Part shown: piece after piece, positions 21,708 through 33,428 of the stretch
How positions within the stretch are numbered: the stretch's first letter is position 1
Layout of the letters: the number at the start of each line of letters is the position of its first letter
Assembly (NCBI GenBank): GCA_963664485.1
Contig: OY761459.1
Span: forward strand, 69,275-133,274
Reading direction: 5' to 3'
From: Syntrophales bacterium
Lineage (GTDB): Bacteria; Desulfobacterota; Syntrophia; Syntrophales; UBA2210
Length of the DNA stretch: 64,000 nucleotides
The notes under the pieces: model-generated
What the model saw: only the letters and a program-made list of their open reading frames with translations
What the model was told of the DNA's origin: nothing
The model's database searches: none
Position numbers and translations under genes: made by a program

Positions 21708-22738
21708 TAAAGACTATCTCCTGGGATGGGGACACGGTGGTAATGATCGACCAGAGAGCCCTTCCCCGTGAAGAAAGGTGCATCACCTGCCGGAATTACC
21801 ATGACGTAACGGTCGCGATCAGAGATATGGCCATACGGGGGGCGCCTGCCGTGGGAATAGCGGCCGCGATGGGTATCGCCCTCGGCATGTTGAACTCCTC
21901 CGGGGAACATATGAAGGATGACTTTTCCCGTATCTGTTATGAGTTTTCACGGACCCGCCCCACCGCCGTAAACCTGTTCTGGGCAATAGACCGGATGAAA
22001 GCCCGTTTCGACAGGGAGTTCGCTTCCACCCCCGACATCAGGCCGGATGCCTTAAAAAACGCCCTGAAAGAAGAAGCCCTGCGTATCCACGAGGAAGATA
22101 TCCGTGCAAACCGGCAAATGGGAATACACGGACGGCACCTTATAAAGAACGGGTATACCATCCTGACGCACTGCAACGCCGGGGCCCTGGCAACCGGCGG
22201 TTACGGAACGGCGCTGGGGATTATACGCGCCGCCCATGAAGAGGGGAAAAAAATTCATGTCCTGGTGGACGAAACCAGGCCGCTTCTCCAGGGAGCGAGA
22301 CTGACCGCGTGGGAAATGAGAAAAGAAAGCATTCCGGCAACGCTTATAACCGACAGCATGGCCGGTGCCTTCATGGAGCGCGGGATGGTCGATCTGGTCA
22401 TCGTGGGTGCGGACAGAATAGCGGCCAATGGTGACACGGCTAACAAGATCGGCACATATACCCTTGCCGTCCTGGCCGGGGAAAACGGTGTCCCCTTCTA
22501 TGTTGCCGCACCTGTTTCGACAATAGACCGCAATGCGCGAAACGGCGGAGAGATACCCATCGAAGAAAGAAGCGAAAGGGAGGTCCTGGAATTCCGGGGC
22601 ATACAAATCGCCCCCGAGGGATTCGCCGCCCGCAATCCCGCCTTTGATGTGACACCAAACCGGTACATAACCGCCATCATAACAGAGCACGGGATTATCA
22701 CTGCGCCGTTCGAAGAAGGACTCCTGAGCCTGATGTGA
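21704..22738 (+). CDS. mtnA: S-methyl-5-thioribose-1-phosphate isomerase (eIF-2B alpha/beta/delta-like family)
   Basis: 344 aa; MIDQRALP.., [45 protein letters not shown] overlap with gatB. Confidence 0.82.
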   Translation: MIKTISWDGDTVVMIDQRALPREERCITCRNYHDVTVAIRDMAIRGAPAVGIAAAMGIALGMLNSSGEHMKDDFSRICYEFSRTRPTAVNLFWAIDRMKARFDREFASTPDIRPDALKNALKEEALRIHEEDIRANRQMGIHGRHLIKNGYTILTHCNAGALATGGYGTALGIIRAAHEEGKKIHVLVDETRPLLQGARLTAWEMRKESIPATLITDSMAGAFMERGMVDLVIVGADRIAANGDTANKIGTYTLAVLAGENGVPFYVAAPVSTIDRNARNGGEIPIEERSEREVLEFRGIQIAPEGFAARNPAFDVTPNRYITAIITEHGIITAPFEEGLLSLM

Positions 22739-22796
22739 TTATTTATTGTGAATGCCGGGTTTCCCGCGGAAGCCGCATATAACAGATTATTACCTG

Positions 22797-23417
22797 ATGC
22801 ATATGATGAAAATGTTTCTTTTCGATTTTGACGGCGTTATCGCGGACTCCCTGAACTTTTACGAGAATCTTGTGAAAAGATGTCTCGAACAGACAGGGGC
22901 TCCCATTATAAAAACACGTGAAGAATATCTCGACCTCTTCGACGGCAACTTCTACGACTCTCTTCGCGAAAGGGGAGTGGACACTACGGTGTTCAACAAT
23001 GTCGCGATGACCATCTCTCCGCAGATGGACTACAGCAGCATCGTTCCATTCAATGATATGTTGCCCGTCATTCGCGAACTCGCCAGGGACAATACCCTGC
23101 TGGTCGTATCGTCGAACACATCACCACCCATAAAAGCATTCTTCTCGCGATATGAATACGATGGAATTTTCGATGATATTCTGGGTGCGGATTTCATGCT
23201 GAGCAAGCGTAAAAAGATAGATCATGCGCTGGGGAAATGGCAAGTGCCCAGGGAGAGAACATACTACGTGGGAGATACCGCAGGCGATATCAGAGAAGGG
23301 AAAGAAGCCGGGATCAAAACGGTAGCGGCAACCTGGGGATGGCATTCGAGGGAAAGACTCGAAAAAGTGAACCCGGATTACATCATCGAAAACCCCGGTG
23401 ATCTGCTTCGTATCTGA
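22797..23417 (+). CDS. HAD-superfamily hydrolase (phosphoglycolate-phosphatase-like)
   Basis: HAD motif I FDFDGVIADS, motif IV-like VGDTAGDI. Start chosen at the ATG cluster MHMMKM (22797). Confidence 0.72.
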   Translation: MHMMKMFLFDFDGVIADSLNFYENLVKRCLEQTGAPIIKTREEYLDLFDGNFYDSLRERGVDTTVFNNVAMTISPQMDYSSIVPFNDMLPVIRELARDNTLLVVSSNTSPPIKAFFSRYEYDGIFDDILGADFMLSKRKKIDHALGKWQVPRERTYYVGDTAGDIREGKEAGIKTVAATWGWHSRERLEKVNPDYIIENPGDLLRI

Positions 23418-23441
23418 CGGTCCGGACATATTTCATGGAGC

Positions 23442-23476
23442 AAAAAAAGAGGCCCGCTGCCGTGGCAGCGGGCCTC
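23442..23476 (-). terminator. Rho-independent terminator after groEL
   Basis: 13-bp GC-rich stem GAGGCCCGCTGCC/GGCAGCGGGCCTC, followed on the minus strand by seven T. Confidence 0.65.
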
Positions 23477-23517
23477 TTCAGGGACAACATACTATTTGCT
23501 GCTGTTTTATCAAAATC

Positions 23518-25182
<1,665 letters not shown>

Positions 25183-25473
25183 TTATTTTTCAATTATTCC
25201 GAGTATGTCGTCTTCACGCATTATCAAATGCTCGACGCCATCTATCTTGACTTCCGTTCCGGCATATTTACTGAACAGCACTCTGTCACCGGCCTTGACA
25301 TCCATCTTAAGAATCTTTCCGTCTTCTGTTTTCTTACCGTTTCCTACGGCTATCACCTTACCCTCCATGGGTTTTTCTTTGGCGCTGTCGGGGATAATAA
25401 TCCCGCCTTTCGTCTTTTCCTCTTCTTCGAGGCGCTTGACGATGATTCTGTCGTGCAATGGTCTGATATTCAT
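25183..25473 (-). CDS. groS: Co-chaperonin GroES
   Basis: 96 aa, [35 protein letters not shown]; directly upstream of groEL. Confidence 0.96.
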   Translation of the reverse strand: MNIRPLHDRIIVKRLEEEEKTKGGIIIPDSAKEKPMEGKVIAVGNGKKTEDGKILKMDVKAGDRVLFSKYAGTEVKIDGVEHLIMREDDILGIIEK

Positions 25474-25584
25474 CCTTCTTATTCTCCTCCTTTAAACAAG
25501 TTTTTTTATAGTTAAAAACCCCTTTGGCTTCAATACAACATAAAATAAACATCAATCCAACGCTGTCAAGTACAGCCAGCAAAA

Positions 25585-26190
25585 TTACGCCCGTTTTATA
25601 TAAACAGGCACCTCGCAAAGGTTCTTGAATTCTTCGGCATCCTCTTTCGAACCTACGATATCACCATAATGAATGGGAATCGCCGCTTCGGGTTTTATCA
25701 TATTGACTGCCCGGGCGGCTTCTTCTGCATTCATCGTGTAGGTTCCTCCGACGGGAACTATAACGATATCGGCGTGTATACCTTCCATCTCCGGTATGAG
25801 ATCCGTGTCGCCGCAATAGTATATCCGTTTACCCATCACCGTTACCACGAACCCCAGCCAGTTATTTTTCTTCGGGTGAAAAGCCTTGCCGATGTTGTAG
25901 GAACGTACCGCTTCGACCTCTATACCACCTGCCCGAATCACATCACCCGGCTCCACTACCCTTACATCTCCCGTAAGTTCGGCGGCACAATCCTGCGTAG
26001 TAACGATAAAGGTATCGTCTTTCCGTATCTTTTCGACATCCCCGGGAGAAAAGTGATCGTAATGAGAGTGACTGATCAGAACAAGATCCGCTTTTTGAGG
26101 GTCTTTGAGTTTCCAGGGATCGATATAAATTATCTTCTCACCATCTATCCTGATACTTGAATGTCCGAGCCAGAATATATTTTCCAACAT
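25585..26190 (-). CDS. Metallo-beta-lactamase-fold hydrolase (UPF0173-like)
   Basis: MLENIFWLGHSSIRI.., HSHYDHF metal motif. ATG at 26190 sits 6 nt after AAGGAGG; the track start at 26232 is an extension. Confidence 0.75.
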   Translation of the reverse strand: MLENIFWLGHSSIRIDGEKIIYIDPWKLKDPQKADLVLISHSHYDHFSPGDVEKIRKDDTFIVTTQDCAAELTGDVRVVEPGDVIRAGGIEVEAVRSYNIGKAFHPKKNNWLGFVVTVMGKRIYYCGDTDLIPEMEGIHADIVIVPVGGTYTMNAEEAARAVNMIKPEAAIPIHYGDIVGSKEDAEEFKNLCEVPVYIKRA

Positions 26191-26255
26191 GGCAAACCTC
26201 CTTATAAATCCCGGGTTGAAAGATCCATACACTATCGAAACGCGAACCCTCGTAA

Positions 26256-27863
26256 CTACCGTTTTCCTATATGCAATATACCCTTTGTGATATTACACAG
26301 ATGATCGTTCATCCTGTCGATAGCCGTGAGGACATCGGAATAGACGAGACCGGCGTCACTGATACATTCACCTTTCCCGAGCCGTTCTACATGATTCGTC
26401 CGGTACTGTTTCACCAGAGCATGAACCTCTCTATTTATGTTCAGTGTGATGGCGGCGGCGGTGTGATCATCGCTTTCTATGGCCTTTTTTGTCTGGGACA
26501 TCAACGCGCGGGACTTTTCAAAAAGCTTATTGAGTTCTGCATTCGCATGCTGGGAAAAATTCAGGTTATGCTCATAGCCTCTCTGGGAAAATTTAACGAT
26601 GCTCTCACAATAATCCCCTACCCTTTCAAGATCGTTAACGCTGTGGAGCAGCGCGGGAATCAAATTTCTCTCCCGGTCGGACAGATCCCCCTTGGTAATC
26701 TGAACCAGGTACTCGGTAATGTTCTTCTGCATCTCGTCGACGGAATCTTCATCGATGGTAATCTCGTTTCTGATTTTGTGATTGTACTCACTGACACACT
26801 GTTCGGCTTTTTCAAACATTTCACGGCAGAGATTCAGCATTGAGACCATTTCCTTGATAGCAGCTTCGATGGCAAGCTTGGGTGTTATCAGCAGGTTTTT
26901 ATCGAGGTGTTTCATTTCCCTCTTCTCGTAGTCCTTTCCGGGTATCACTTTATCCAGAATACGAACGAAAAAGGGGATGAGCGGAATGAACAGCAACGCA
27001 TTGATAAGATTGAAGACCGTGTGGGTATTCGCGATCTGTCTTGCCAGATCACCGGAGGTCATGGGGATATAATGCAGGTAAAGCGGGATAAAGGGCAGCA
27101 TGATCAGGGTCCCTATTATATTAAACAGCGAGTGCCCGAGGGCGAGTCGCTTACTGGACAGATTGCCGCCGATACTGGCTAGTCCCGCGGTAACGCACGT
27201 ACCGATATTGACACCGAAAACGAGATAAACAGATCCCGGGAGGTCCAGCAACCCTGCGGCCGCGAATGCTATAATCATTCCGGTAGTGGTGCTGCTGCTC
27301 TGCAGGATGGCCGTTACCGTCAACCCCGTCAATATCCCCAGGAACGGACTTGTACCGAACCGTATGAATATCTCTCTTATCGCGGCGTCACCGGCCAGGG
27401 GCTTGACCGCGGAACTCATCAGTCCGAGTCCCATGAACAACAGGCCGAAACTCAGGAGGGCCAATCCCTTGTTCTTGTTCTTATCCTTCTTTGCGAAAAG
27501 AAAGATTGCGGTTCCGGCAAACAGAAACAGGGGCGCCACCGTTGTAAACTTGAAGGCGATGAGCTGCGCCGTAACCGTGGTGCCCACATTGGCCCCGATC
27601 ATTATCGCGAGCCCCCCCGCCAGGGGAATAAACCCCGCATTGAGAAATCCTATGATTATGACCGATGTCGCGCTCGAGCTCTGTATCACGGCAGTCACAA
27701 GGGCACCCATAAACGCGGCCCTGAACCTGCCTGCAGTTATCTTCTCGAGCATCGCCTTCAACAGGCCCTGTGATAATTTTTTCAGGGAATCACTCAGGAG
27801 ATACATCCCGAATATAAACAATCCCAGGCCGCCGATCATTCCCGAAACAACTTGAAAATCCAT
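26256..27863 (-). CDS. Na/Pi-cotransporter family protein with C-terminal PhoU-like domain
   Basis: 535 aa; multi-pass membrane N-terminal half with duplicated QSSSAT/QSSSTT motifs, then a soluble helical PhoU-like C-terminal half. Confidence 0.85.
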   Translation of the reverse strand: MDFQVVSGMIGGLGLFIFGMYLLSDSLKKLSQGLLKAMLEKITAGRFRAAFMGALVTAVIQSSSATSVIIIGFLNAGFIPLAGGLAIMIGANVGTTVTAQLIAFKFTTVAPLFLFAGTAIFLFAKKDKNKNKGLALLSFGLLFMGLGLMSSAVKPLAGDAAIREIFIRFGTSPFLGILTGLTVTAILQSSSTTTGMIIAFAAAGLLDLPGSVYLVFGVNIGTCVTAGLASIGGNLSSKRLALGHSLFNIIGTLIMLPFIPLYLHYIPMTSGDLARQIANTHTVFNLINALLFIPLIPFFVRILDKVIPGKDYEKREMKHLDKNLLITPKLAIEAAIKEMVSMLNLCREMFEKAEQCVSEYNHKIRNEITIDEDSVDEMQKNITEYLVQITKGDLSDRERNLIPALLHSVNDLERVGDYCESIVKFSQRGYEHNLNFSQHANAELNKLFEKSRALMSQTKKAIESDDHTAAAITLNINREVHALVKQYRTNHVERLGKGECISDAGLVYSDVLTAIDRMNDHLCNITKGILHIGKR

Positions 27864-28067
27864 ATGTTCCCAACCCGGACAAACCGCAATTCCGCGAAAT
27901 TAATCTATTCCGTATTTAAAATACAAAATCGCGGAAACAAGATCCGATCTCGTAATTTTTCGTAGTTTTTTGATCATATTTAATTCTTTTACTGTTTCCG
28001 TAAGAACTTCATAAACAGAAATTTAAGAGAGAAAAGGTTGCGGAATTAATTCCTGAACTGACATTGG

Positions 28068-28919
28068 TTATTTGCTGTGAGCGTATGAAGAGTTCAATGT
28101 GTTTCTGAGCAGCATTGCGATCGTCATAGGCCCCACCCCTCCAGGCACAGGGGTAATGTACGAAGCCCTTTCACATGCATCGTCAAAAGCGACATCTCCC
28201 ACCAGCTTACCCGTATCGAGACGGTTGATTCCCACATCGATCACCACGGCGCCTTTTTTTATCATATCGCCGCTTATCATCCCGGGCTTCCCTGCCGCAG
28301 CCACGAGGATGTCCGCCCTTCTCGTAACCCCGGGAAGATCTTTTGTCCTTGTATGACAAACCGTAACCGTCGCATGTCGTTCGAGGAGCATCATTATGAG
28401 CGGTTTTCCCACTATATTGCTTCTTCCCACGATGACCGCCTCTTTACCCTCTATCTCTATACCATACCTGTCCAGAAGCTCGATAATACCGGCCGGTGTG
28501 CATGCCTTGTGATACGGATTCCCTGAAAAAAGCTTGCCGACGTTATAAGGATGGAATCCGTCGACATCCTTACGGGGATCGATCGCCTCGATAAGGGCAT
28601 CCGTCTTTATATGTTTCGGAACCGGGAGCTGTACCAGAAAACCGTGGATCTCGTCATCGCTATTCAACCCTTCAATGATAGAGAGCAGCTCCGCCTCGCT
28701 CGCATCGGCGGGAAGTCTGAATTCTTTTGACAGGAATCCCGCTTCCCCACACGCGTTCTTTTTCCCCCGGACATAAATCTGTGATGCCGGATCATCACCC
28801 ACAAGAATAACGGCGAGTCCGGGCACAATATCTTTCTCCGCTTTCAAGCGCAGGGTTTCTTCCCTGATTTCGTTCCTGACATCCTGTGCTATTTTTTTGC
28901 CATCGATTATTGTCGGCAT
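28068..28919 (-). CDS. folD: Bifunctional methylenetetrahydrofolate dehydrogenase/cyclohydrolase
   Basis: 283 aa, [42 protein letters not shown]. Confidence 0.93.
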   Translation of the reverse strand: MPTIIDGKKIAQDVRNEIREETLRLKAEKDIVPGLAVILVGDDPASQIYVRGKKNACGEAGFLSKEFRLPADASEAELLSIIEGLNSDDEIHGFLVQLPVPKHIKTDALIEAIDPRKDVDGFHPYNVGKLFSGNPYHKACTPAGIIELLDRYGIEIEGKEAVIVGRSNIVGKPLIMMLLERHATVTVCHTRTKDLPGVTRRADILVAAAGKPGMISGDMIKKGAVVIDVGINRLDTGKLVGDVAFDDACERASYITPVPGGVGPMTIAMLLRNTLNSSYAHSK

Positions 28920-29128
28920 ATTTATTCACCCATACGTTTTCTTTGCGGCGTTTCGATTCCCAAATCGGAGTTTGACACTTATCTTATACCGCACCAGATT
29001 GTCAAGATAATCAGTCCGTCAATTTGTAACCGATGAAATATTGTCACTTTCTTTAATTCAGTTGAAGTAAACTGTCTGTTATGATAGTCGAAAAATTGTT
29101 CCTAATCATAGAAACGGAGGTGTTATCC

Positions 29129-30589
29129 ATGGAACAGAATCTGGGAGAAATGCTGGAGTACACCTGCAACAGGTACCCGGACAGAACCTCGCTGATATAC
29201 AAAGAAAAGGACATTTCCTATGCGGAGTTGAACAAAGCGGTTAACGCCTTCGGGAACAGCCTGCGGGATCTGGGTATCGTAAAAGGGGACAAAGTGGCGA
29301 TCATGCTCCCCAATATACCGGAATTCATAATATCCTATTTCGCCATACTGAAACTGGGGGCGGTCGCGGTAACCATCAACGCCCTTTCAACTTCCCATGA
29401 GCTTCTATATCTTCTCAACAACTCCGATGCCAGGGCATTTATCACGATCCCCTCGTCGGCGAAGCGGTTCGAAGAGATACGCGAAGAGGTGCCGCAGTGC
29501 AGGCATATGATAACGACCGATGACCCACACGGCAATCTTTCAATAAACGGATCCATGGAAAGAAACTCCTTCGAACTTGAAATGCCGGAGATCACCGGAG
29601 ATGACCCCGCGGTTATGATCTATACTTCGGGCCTTACGGGAAAACCGCTTGGCGCGGTACTTACCCATGGCAACCTGTCCACACAGGCTCCCCTGCTCCG
29701 CGATATCTGCGACGGAACGGAGCATGACCGGGGACTCTGTATTATCCCCCTCTTCCACTCCTTCGGGGCCGTGGTCAACATGCTGATTATAATAAATACA
29801 GGCGCCAGCGTCGTCCTGGTCGATCAATTCAAGCTTGAAAGCATCTTCAGAGCGATAGAGGAAAAGAAGGTGACATATATCGCGGCGGTTCCACGGGTAT
29901 TTCTGGGAATGCTTCTGCTCGGAGGAGCGGACGATTACGACGTGAGTTCCCTGAGATTCTGCATCACCGGCGGATCGACGATGCCGCCGGAGTACATACC
30001 GATGTTCGAAGACAAGTTCGGGGTCACCCTGATCCAGGGGTACGGCCTCACCGAGGCATCCCCGGTATGTTCGGTAAGCAGGATAAACGAAGAGCAGGAA
30101 CCGGGTTCCATAGGTCCGCCGATAAAGGGGGTCGAAGCAAAAATATTTGATGAAAACGGCGCAGAAATGCCCTCGGGAGATACCGGAGAGCTCGCGATCA
30201 AAGGGCTTAATGTCATGAAAGGATATTACAAAAACGAGCAGGCGACAAAGGAGGTGATAAAGAACGGATGGCTCTATACCGGGGATCTGGCGAGGATCGA
30301 CAGTAAGGGACATATTTTTCTGGAAGGACGCAAGAAGCGGATGATCATTACCAGCGGTTTCAACGTATATCCCATGGAAGTTGAAAATGTCCTCCGGATG
30401 CATCCGGAAGTACGTGATGCGCGGGTGACGGGTAAAGAAGATTTCATAAGAGGTGAAATCGTAAGCGCTCTTATCATAAAAGAAAAAGGGTCCTCCGCCG
30501 ACGAGAAAGATATAATGAAACACTGCAGGAAATATCTCTCTTCTTACAAATCCCCCCGGGAGGTGAATTTCACAGAATCATTTGATTGA
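29129..30589 (+). CDS. AMP-dependent acyl-CoA synthetase/ligase
   Basis: AMP-binding motif IYTSGLTGKPLGA, YGLTEA, TGDLARID, KSPREV. ATG at 29129 follows GGAGG. Confidence 0.86.
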   Translation: MEQNLGEMLEYTCNRYPDRTSLIYKEKDISYAELNKAVNAFGNSLRDLGIVKGDKVAIMLPNIPEFIISYFAILKLGAVAVTINALSTSHELLYLLNNSDARAFITIPSSAKRFEEIREEVPQCRHMITTDDPHGNLSINGSMERNSFELEMPEITGDDPAVMIYTSGLTGKPLGAVLTHGNLSTQAPLLRDICDGTEHDRGLCIIPLFHSFGAVVNMLIIINTGASVVLVDQFKLESIFRAIEEKKVTYIAAVPRVFLGMLLLGGADDYDVSSLRFCITGGSTMPPEYIPMFEDKFGVTLIQGYGLTEASPVCSVSRINEEQEPGSIGPPIKGVEAKIFDENGAEMPSGDTGELAIKGLNVMKGYYKNEQATKEVIKNGWLYTGDLARIDSKGHIFLEGRKKRMIITSGFNVYPMEVENVLRMHPEVRDARVTGKEDFIRGEIVSALIIKEKGSSADEKDIMKHCRKYLSSYKSPREVNFTESFD

Positions 30590-30628
30590 GACAGTTCCGT
30601 ACAAATAAACAAACAAAGGAGCGATGCG

Positions 30629-31924
30629 ATGAAGGATGTGGTTATTGTAGATGGAGCAAGAACCGCAGTTGGAGTCTTCGGAGGTTCTCTCCGCGATGTA
30701 AAGTGCGCCGATCTCGGCGCGCTTGTTATCAGGGAAGCTATCAAGCGAGCCGGTTTAAGGCCGTCCATTACCGATTTTATCAAAGCATGCCGCGTTGATA
30801 TGTTTGGAAAATTTGACAAAACGGAAACTAACGAAAAGTATTACGATTATGACAACTCCCTGACTCCAGTGTATTTCGACGAGTGCATCATGGGAAATGT
30901 TATCCAGGCCGCCCAGGGACAGAATCCGGGACGCCAGGCATCCATGTATGCAGGGCTGCCCGAAGAAACCACGGCAATAACGGTCAACAAGGTTTGCGCA
31001 TCGGGAATGAAGGCGATAGCTCTCGGCGCCCAGGCTATCAAGGCGGGTGACGCCGAGATAATTGTTGCCGGCGGCATGGAATCCATGAGCAATGCCCCCT
31101 ACGCCCTGCCGAAAGCCAGGTGGGGTTACCGGATGGACATGCCGTTCGGTCAGATCATAGACACCATGGTGTACGACGGACTCTACGAGATATTCAACAA
31201 ATACCACATGGGAGTTACCGCCGAAAATATCGCCGCCGACTACGGAATAACCCGCGAAGAGCAGGACGAGCTGGGACTCCTCAGCCACCAGAGAGCGATG
31301 GCCGCCATTGCCCGGGGTGAATTCAAGGATGAGATCGTCCCCGTCGTCATACCGCAGCGAAATGGTGACAGTACGGTCTTTGAAGTAGACGAACGCCCGA
31401 GGAATACGACACTGGAAAAAATGGCGAAGCTCCCCCCCATGTTCAGGACGGACGGGAAGGGAACGGTAACCGCCGGCAACTCCTCCGGTGTCAACGAGGC
31501 GGCCGCGGCCGTTATTCTGATGAGCTCGGACAGGGCGAAGGAACTGGGACTGGACCCGCTGGCGAAAATAAAAGGATACGCGTCCGGCGGTGTTGATACC
31601 GCCTATATGGGTCTGGGAGTTATTCCGGCGACAAGAAAGATCATGGGGCAACTGGGACTGAAGATACAGGACTTCGATTTCATCGAACTGAACGAAGCCT
31701 TCGCTTGTCAGGCGATCGCCTGCATGCGCGAGCTGGATATCAGTCTCGACAAATGCAACCTTAACGGCAGCGGAATTTCCATAGGCCACCCGATCGGATG
31801 TACCGGAGCCAGGATCACGTACAGCCTCGCCATGCAGATGAAAAAAAAGGACCTCGATCTCGGCCTCGCCACACTGTGCATAGGCGGAGGTCAGGGAATG
31901 GCAATAGTTCTTGAAAGGATATAG
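30629..31924 (+). CDS. Acetyl-CoA C-acyltransferase (thiolase) with ~35-aa insertion near the N-terminus
   Basis: VNKVCASGMKAI (active Cys), NEAFACQ, GHPIGCTGARI, CIGGGQG. Confidence 0.88.
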   Translation: MKDVVIVDGARTAVGVFGGSLRDVKCADLGALVIREAIKRAGLRPSITDFIKACRVDMFGKFDKTETNEKYYDYDNSLTPVYFDECIMGNVIQAAQGQNPGRQASMYAGLPEETTAITVNKVCASGMKAIALGAQAIKAGDAEIIVAGGMESMSNAPYALPKARWGYRMDMPFGQIIDTMVYDGLYEIFNKYHMGVTAENIAADYGITREEQDELGLLSHQRAMAAIARGEFKDEIVPVVIPQRNGDSTVFEVDERPRNTTLEKMAKLPPMFRTDGKGTVTAGNSSGVNEAAAAVILMSSDRAKELGLDPLAKIKGYASGGVDTAYMGLGVIPATRKIMGQLGLKIQDFDFIELNEAFACQAIACMRELDISLDKCNLNGSGISIGHPIGCTGARITYSLAMQMKKKDLDLGLATLCIGGGQGMAIVLERI

Positions 31925-31990
31925 AAGGTAACCGGAGAGAAGAGCGAAAACTCTGCGATCTTTATTACTACGGCAATTAAACACATCAAA

Positions 31991-32063
31991 TGTCATGCCG
32001 GCCCCAGACAAGCCTGCCCCGTACTCGATACGGGCCACCCGTCACCCCGGCGAAAGCCGGGGC
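31991..32063. repeat. Intergenic hairpin-repeat cluster (module AAGCCTGCCCCGTACTCGATACGGG plus CCCCGGCGAAAGCCGGGG hairpin)
   Basis: Same modules recur at 57761-57786 and 62498-62685. Confidence 0.6.
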
Positions 32064-32231
32064 GGGAGAAACGACGGCTTTGACAAATATTGTTGACGAA
32101 GTCCCTGCCCTCTCCCGGAAAAGTATGTGAATGCCGGTTTACCCGGGAGAGAGCCGGGCAGAAAATTTTATGACTGTACCAGACGATAAATTGATTCGGA
32201 AAACTCAAATCAGGCTGAAAGGACACTTCGC

Positions 32232-33380
32232 ATGAATTTTGCGCCGACAGAAGAACAGCAGATGGTAAAGGACATGGTAACGCGGTTTGTCAATGAAGAG
32301 ATCAAACCGGCAGCAGCGGAACTGGACCGTACCCACCGGCATCCGGAGGAGATATGCCGTAAACTCGGCAAAATGGGACTCATGGGCGTATCCGTTCCGG
32401 TGGAATTCGATGGAGCGGGCATGGACAACGTGACATACGTCCTGGCTCTCACCGAGATCTCGAGAGGCTGCGCCAGTTGCGGTCTTATTACTTCGGTTAA
32501 CAATTCCCTGTACGGCCATCCCCTGAAAACATACGGCACGGATGAACAGAAGAAGAAATTCCTGGCACCCGTGGCCGGGGGCGAGGTAGAGGGATGTTAT
32601 GCCCTTACCGAATCGGGAGCGGGTTCCGACGCGGCGGCGCTCCGCTGCAGGGCGGAGCTGAAAGGTAATAAATATATCGTAAATGGTGTCAAAAAATTTA
32701 TTACCAGCGGTAACGTGGCAAGGTACTGTGTTCTGGCAGCGAACCAGGACCCCTCAAAAGGGTATAAGGGGATCATCAATCTCATAGTAGACCTGCAGAA
32801 TACTCCGGGTTTTTCCGTAGGCACGATAGAAGACAAGATAGGCATACTCGCATCCGGAACGGCAGAGCTGGTATTCGAAGATGCCGAGGTACCCGCAGAA
32901 AATCTCCTCGGGAAACCGGGTGAAGGATTACGCCAGATGATGGAAGGGCTCAACGCAGGCAGGATCGGTATCGGCTGCCAGGCACTCGGCATAGGGAGGT
33001 CCGTACTCGAAGATTCCCTGGAGTATGCAAAGGAAAGAGTTCAGTTTGGGAGTTCCATCACATCGTTCCAGGCAATCCAGTGGAAGCTTGCCGATATGGC
33101 AACCGAGCTCGACGCGGCGGAGATGCTGCTGCTGAAAGCCGCATGGCTGGAGGATAACGGCCGTAACTTCGAAAAGGAATCGGCGATGGCGAAGATGTAT
33201 GCATCCGATGTAACCATGAGGGCCGCGATCGAAGGCATACAGATATTCGGGGGATACGGATACTGCAAGGATTATCCTGCCGAACGGCATATGCGTGACG
33301 CAAAGATATGCCAGATATACGAAGGAACTAATGAAATCCAGCGGGTCGTCATTGCACGGAAACTGCTGGGGGCGAGATAG
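32232..33380 (+). CDS. Acyl-CoA dehydrogenase
   Basis: 382 aa; typical ACAD layout with YALTESGAGSD and C-terminal IYEGTNEIQRVVIAR. Confidence 0.9.
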   Translation: MNFAPTEEQQMVKDMVTRFVNEEIKPAAAELDRTHRHPEEICRKLGKMGLMGVSVPVEFDGAGMDNVTYVLALTEISRGCASCGLITSVNNSLYGHPLKTYGTDEQKKKFLAPVAGGEVEGCYALTESGAGSDAAALRCRAELKGNKYIVNGVKKFITSGNVARYCVLAANQDPSKGYKGIINLIVDLQNTPGFSVGTIEDKIGILASGTAELVFEDAEVPAENLLGKPGEGLRQMMEGLNAGRIGIGCQALGIGRSVLEDSLEYAKERVQFGSSITSFQAIQWKLADMATELDAAEMLLLKAAWLEDNGRNFEKESAMAKMYASDVTMRAAIEGIQIFGGYGYCKDYPAERHMRDAKICQIYEGTNEIQRVVIARKLLGAR

Positions 33381-33428
33381 TACCGACCGTTTTCAGGCCG
33401 TAACCCGCGAACCGGAGGAAAAACCGCA

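Noticed and set aside
25474-25584. CIRCE/HrcA operator upstream of groES
   Set aside because: No TTAGCACTC-N9-GAGTGCTAA-like inverted repeat is present. Only a TTGACA hexamer (minus strand, ~25564-25569) was seen, which is not enough to call a heat-shock promoter.
30755-32038. 427-aa minus-strand ORF across the thiolase gene
   Set aside because: It is antisense to a clear thiolase, and its N-terminus is generated by the intergenic hairpin repeats (..IEYGAGLSGAGMT..).
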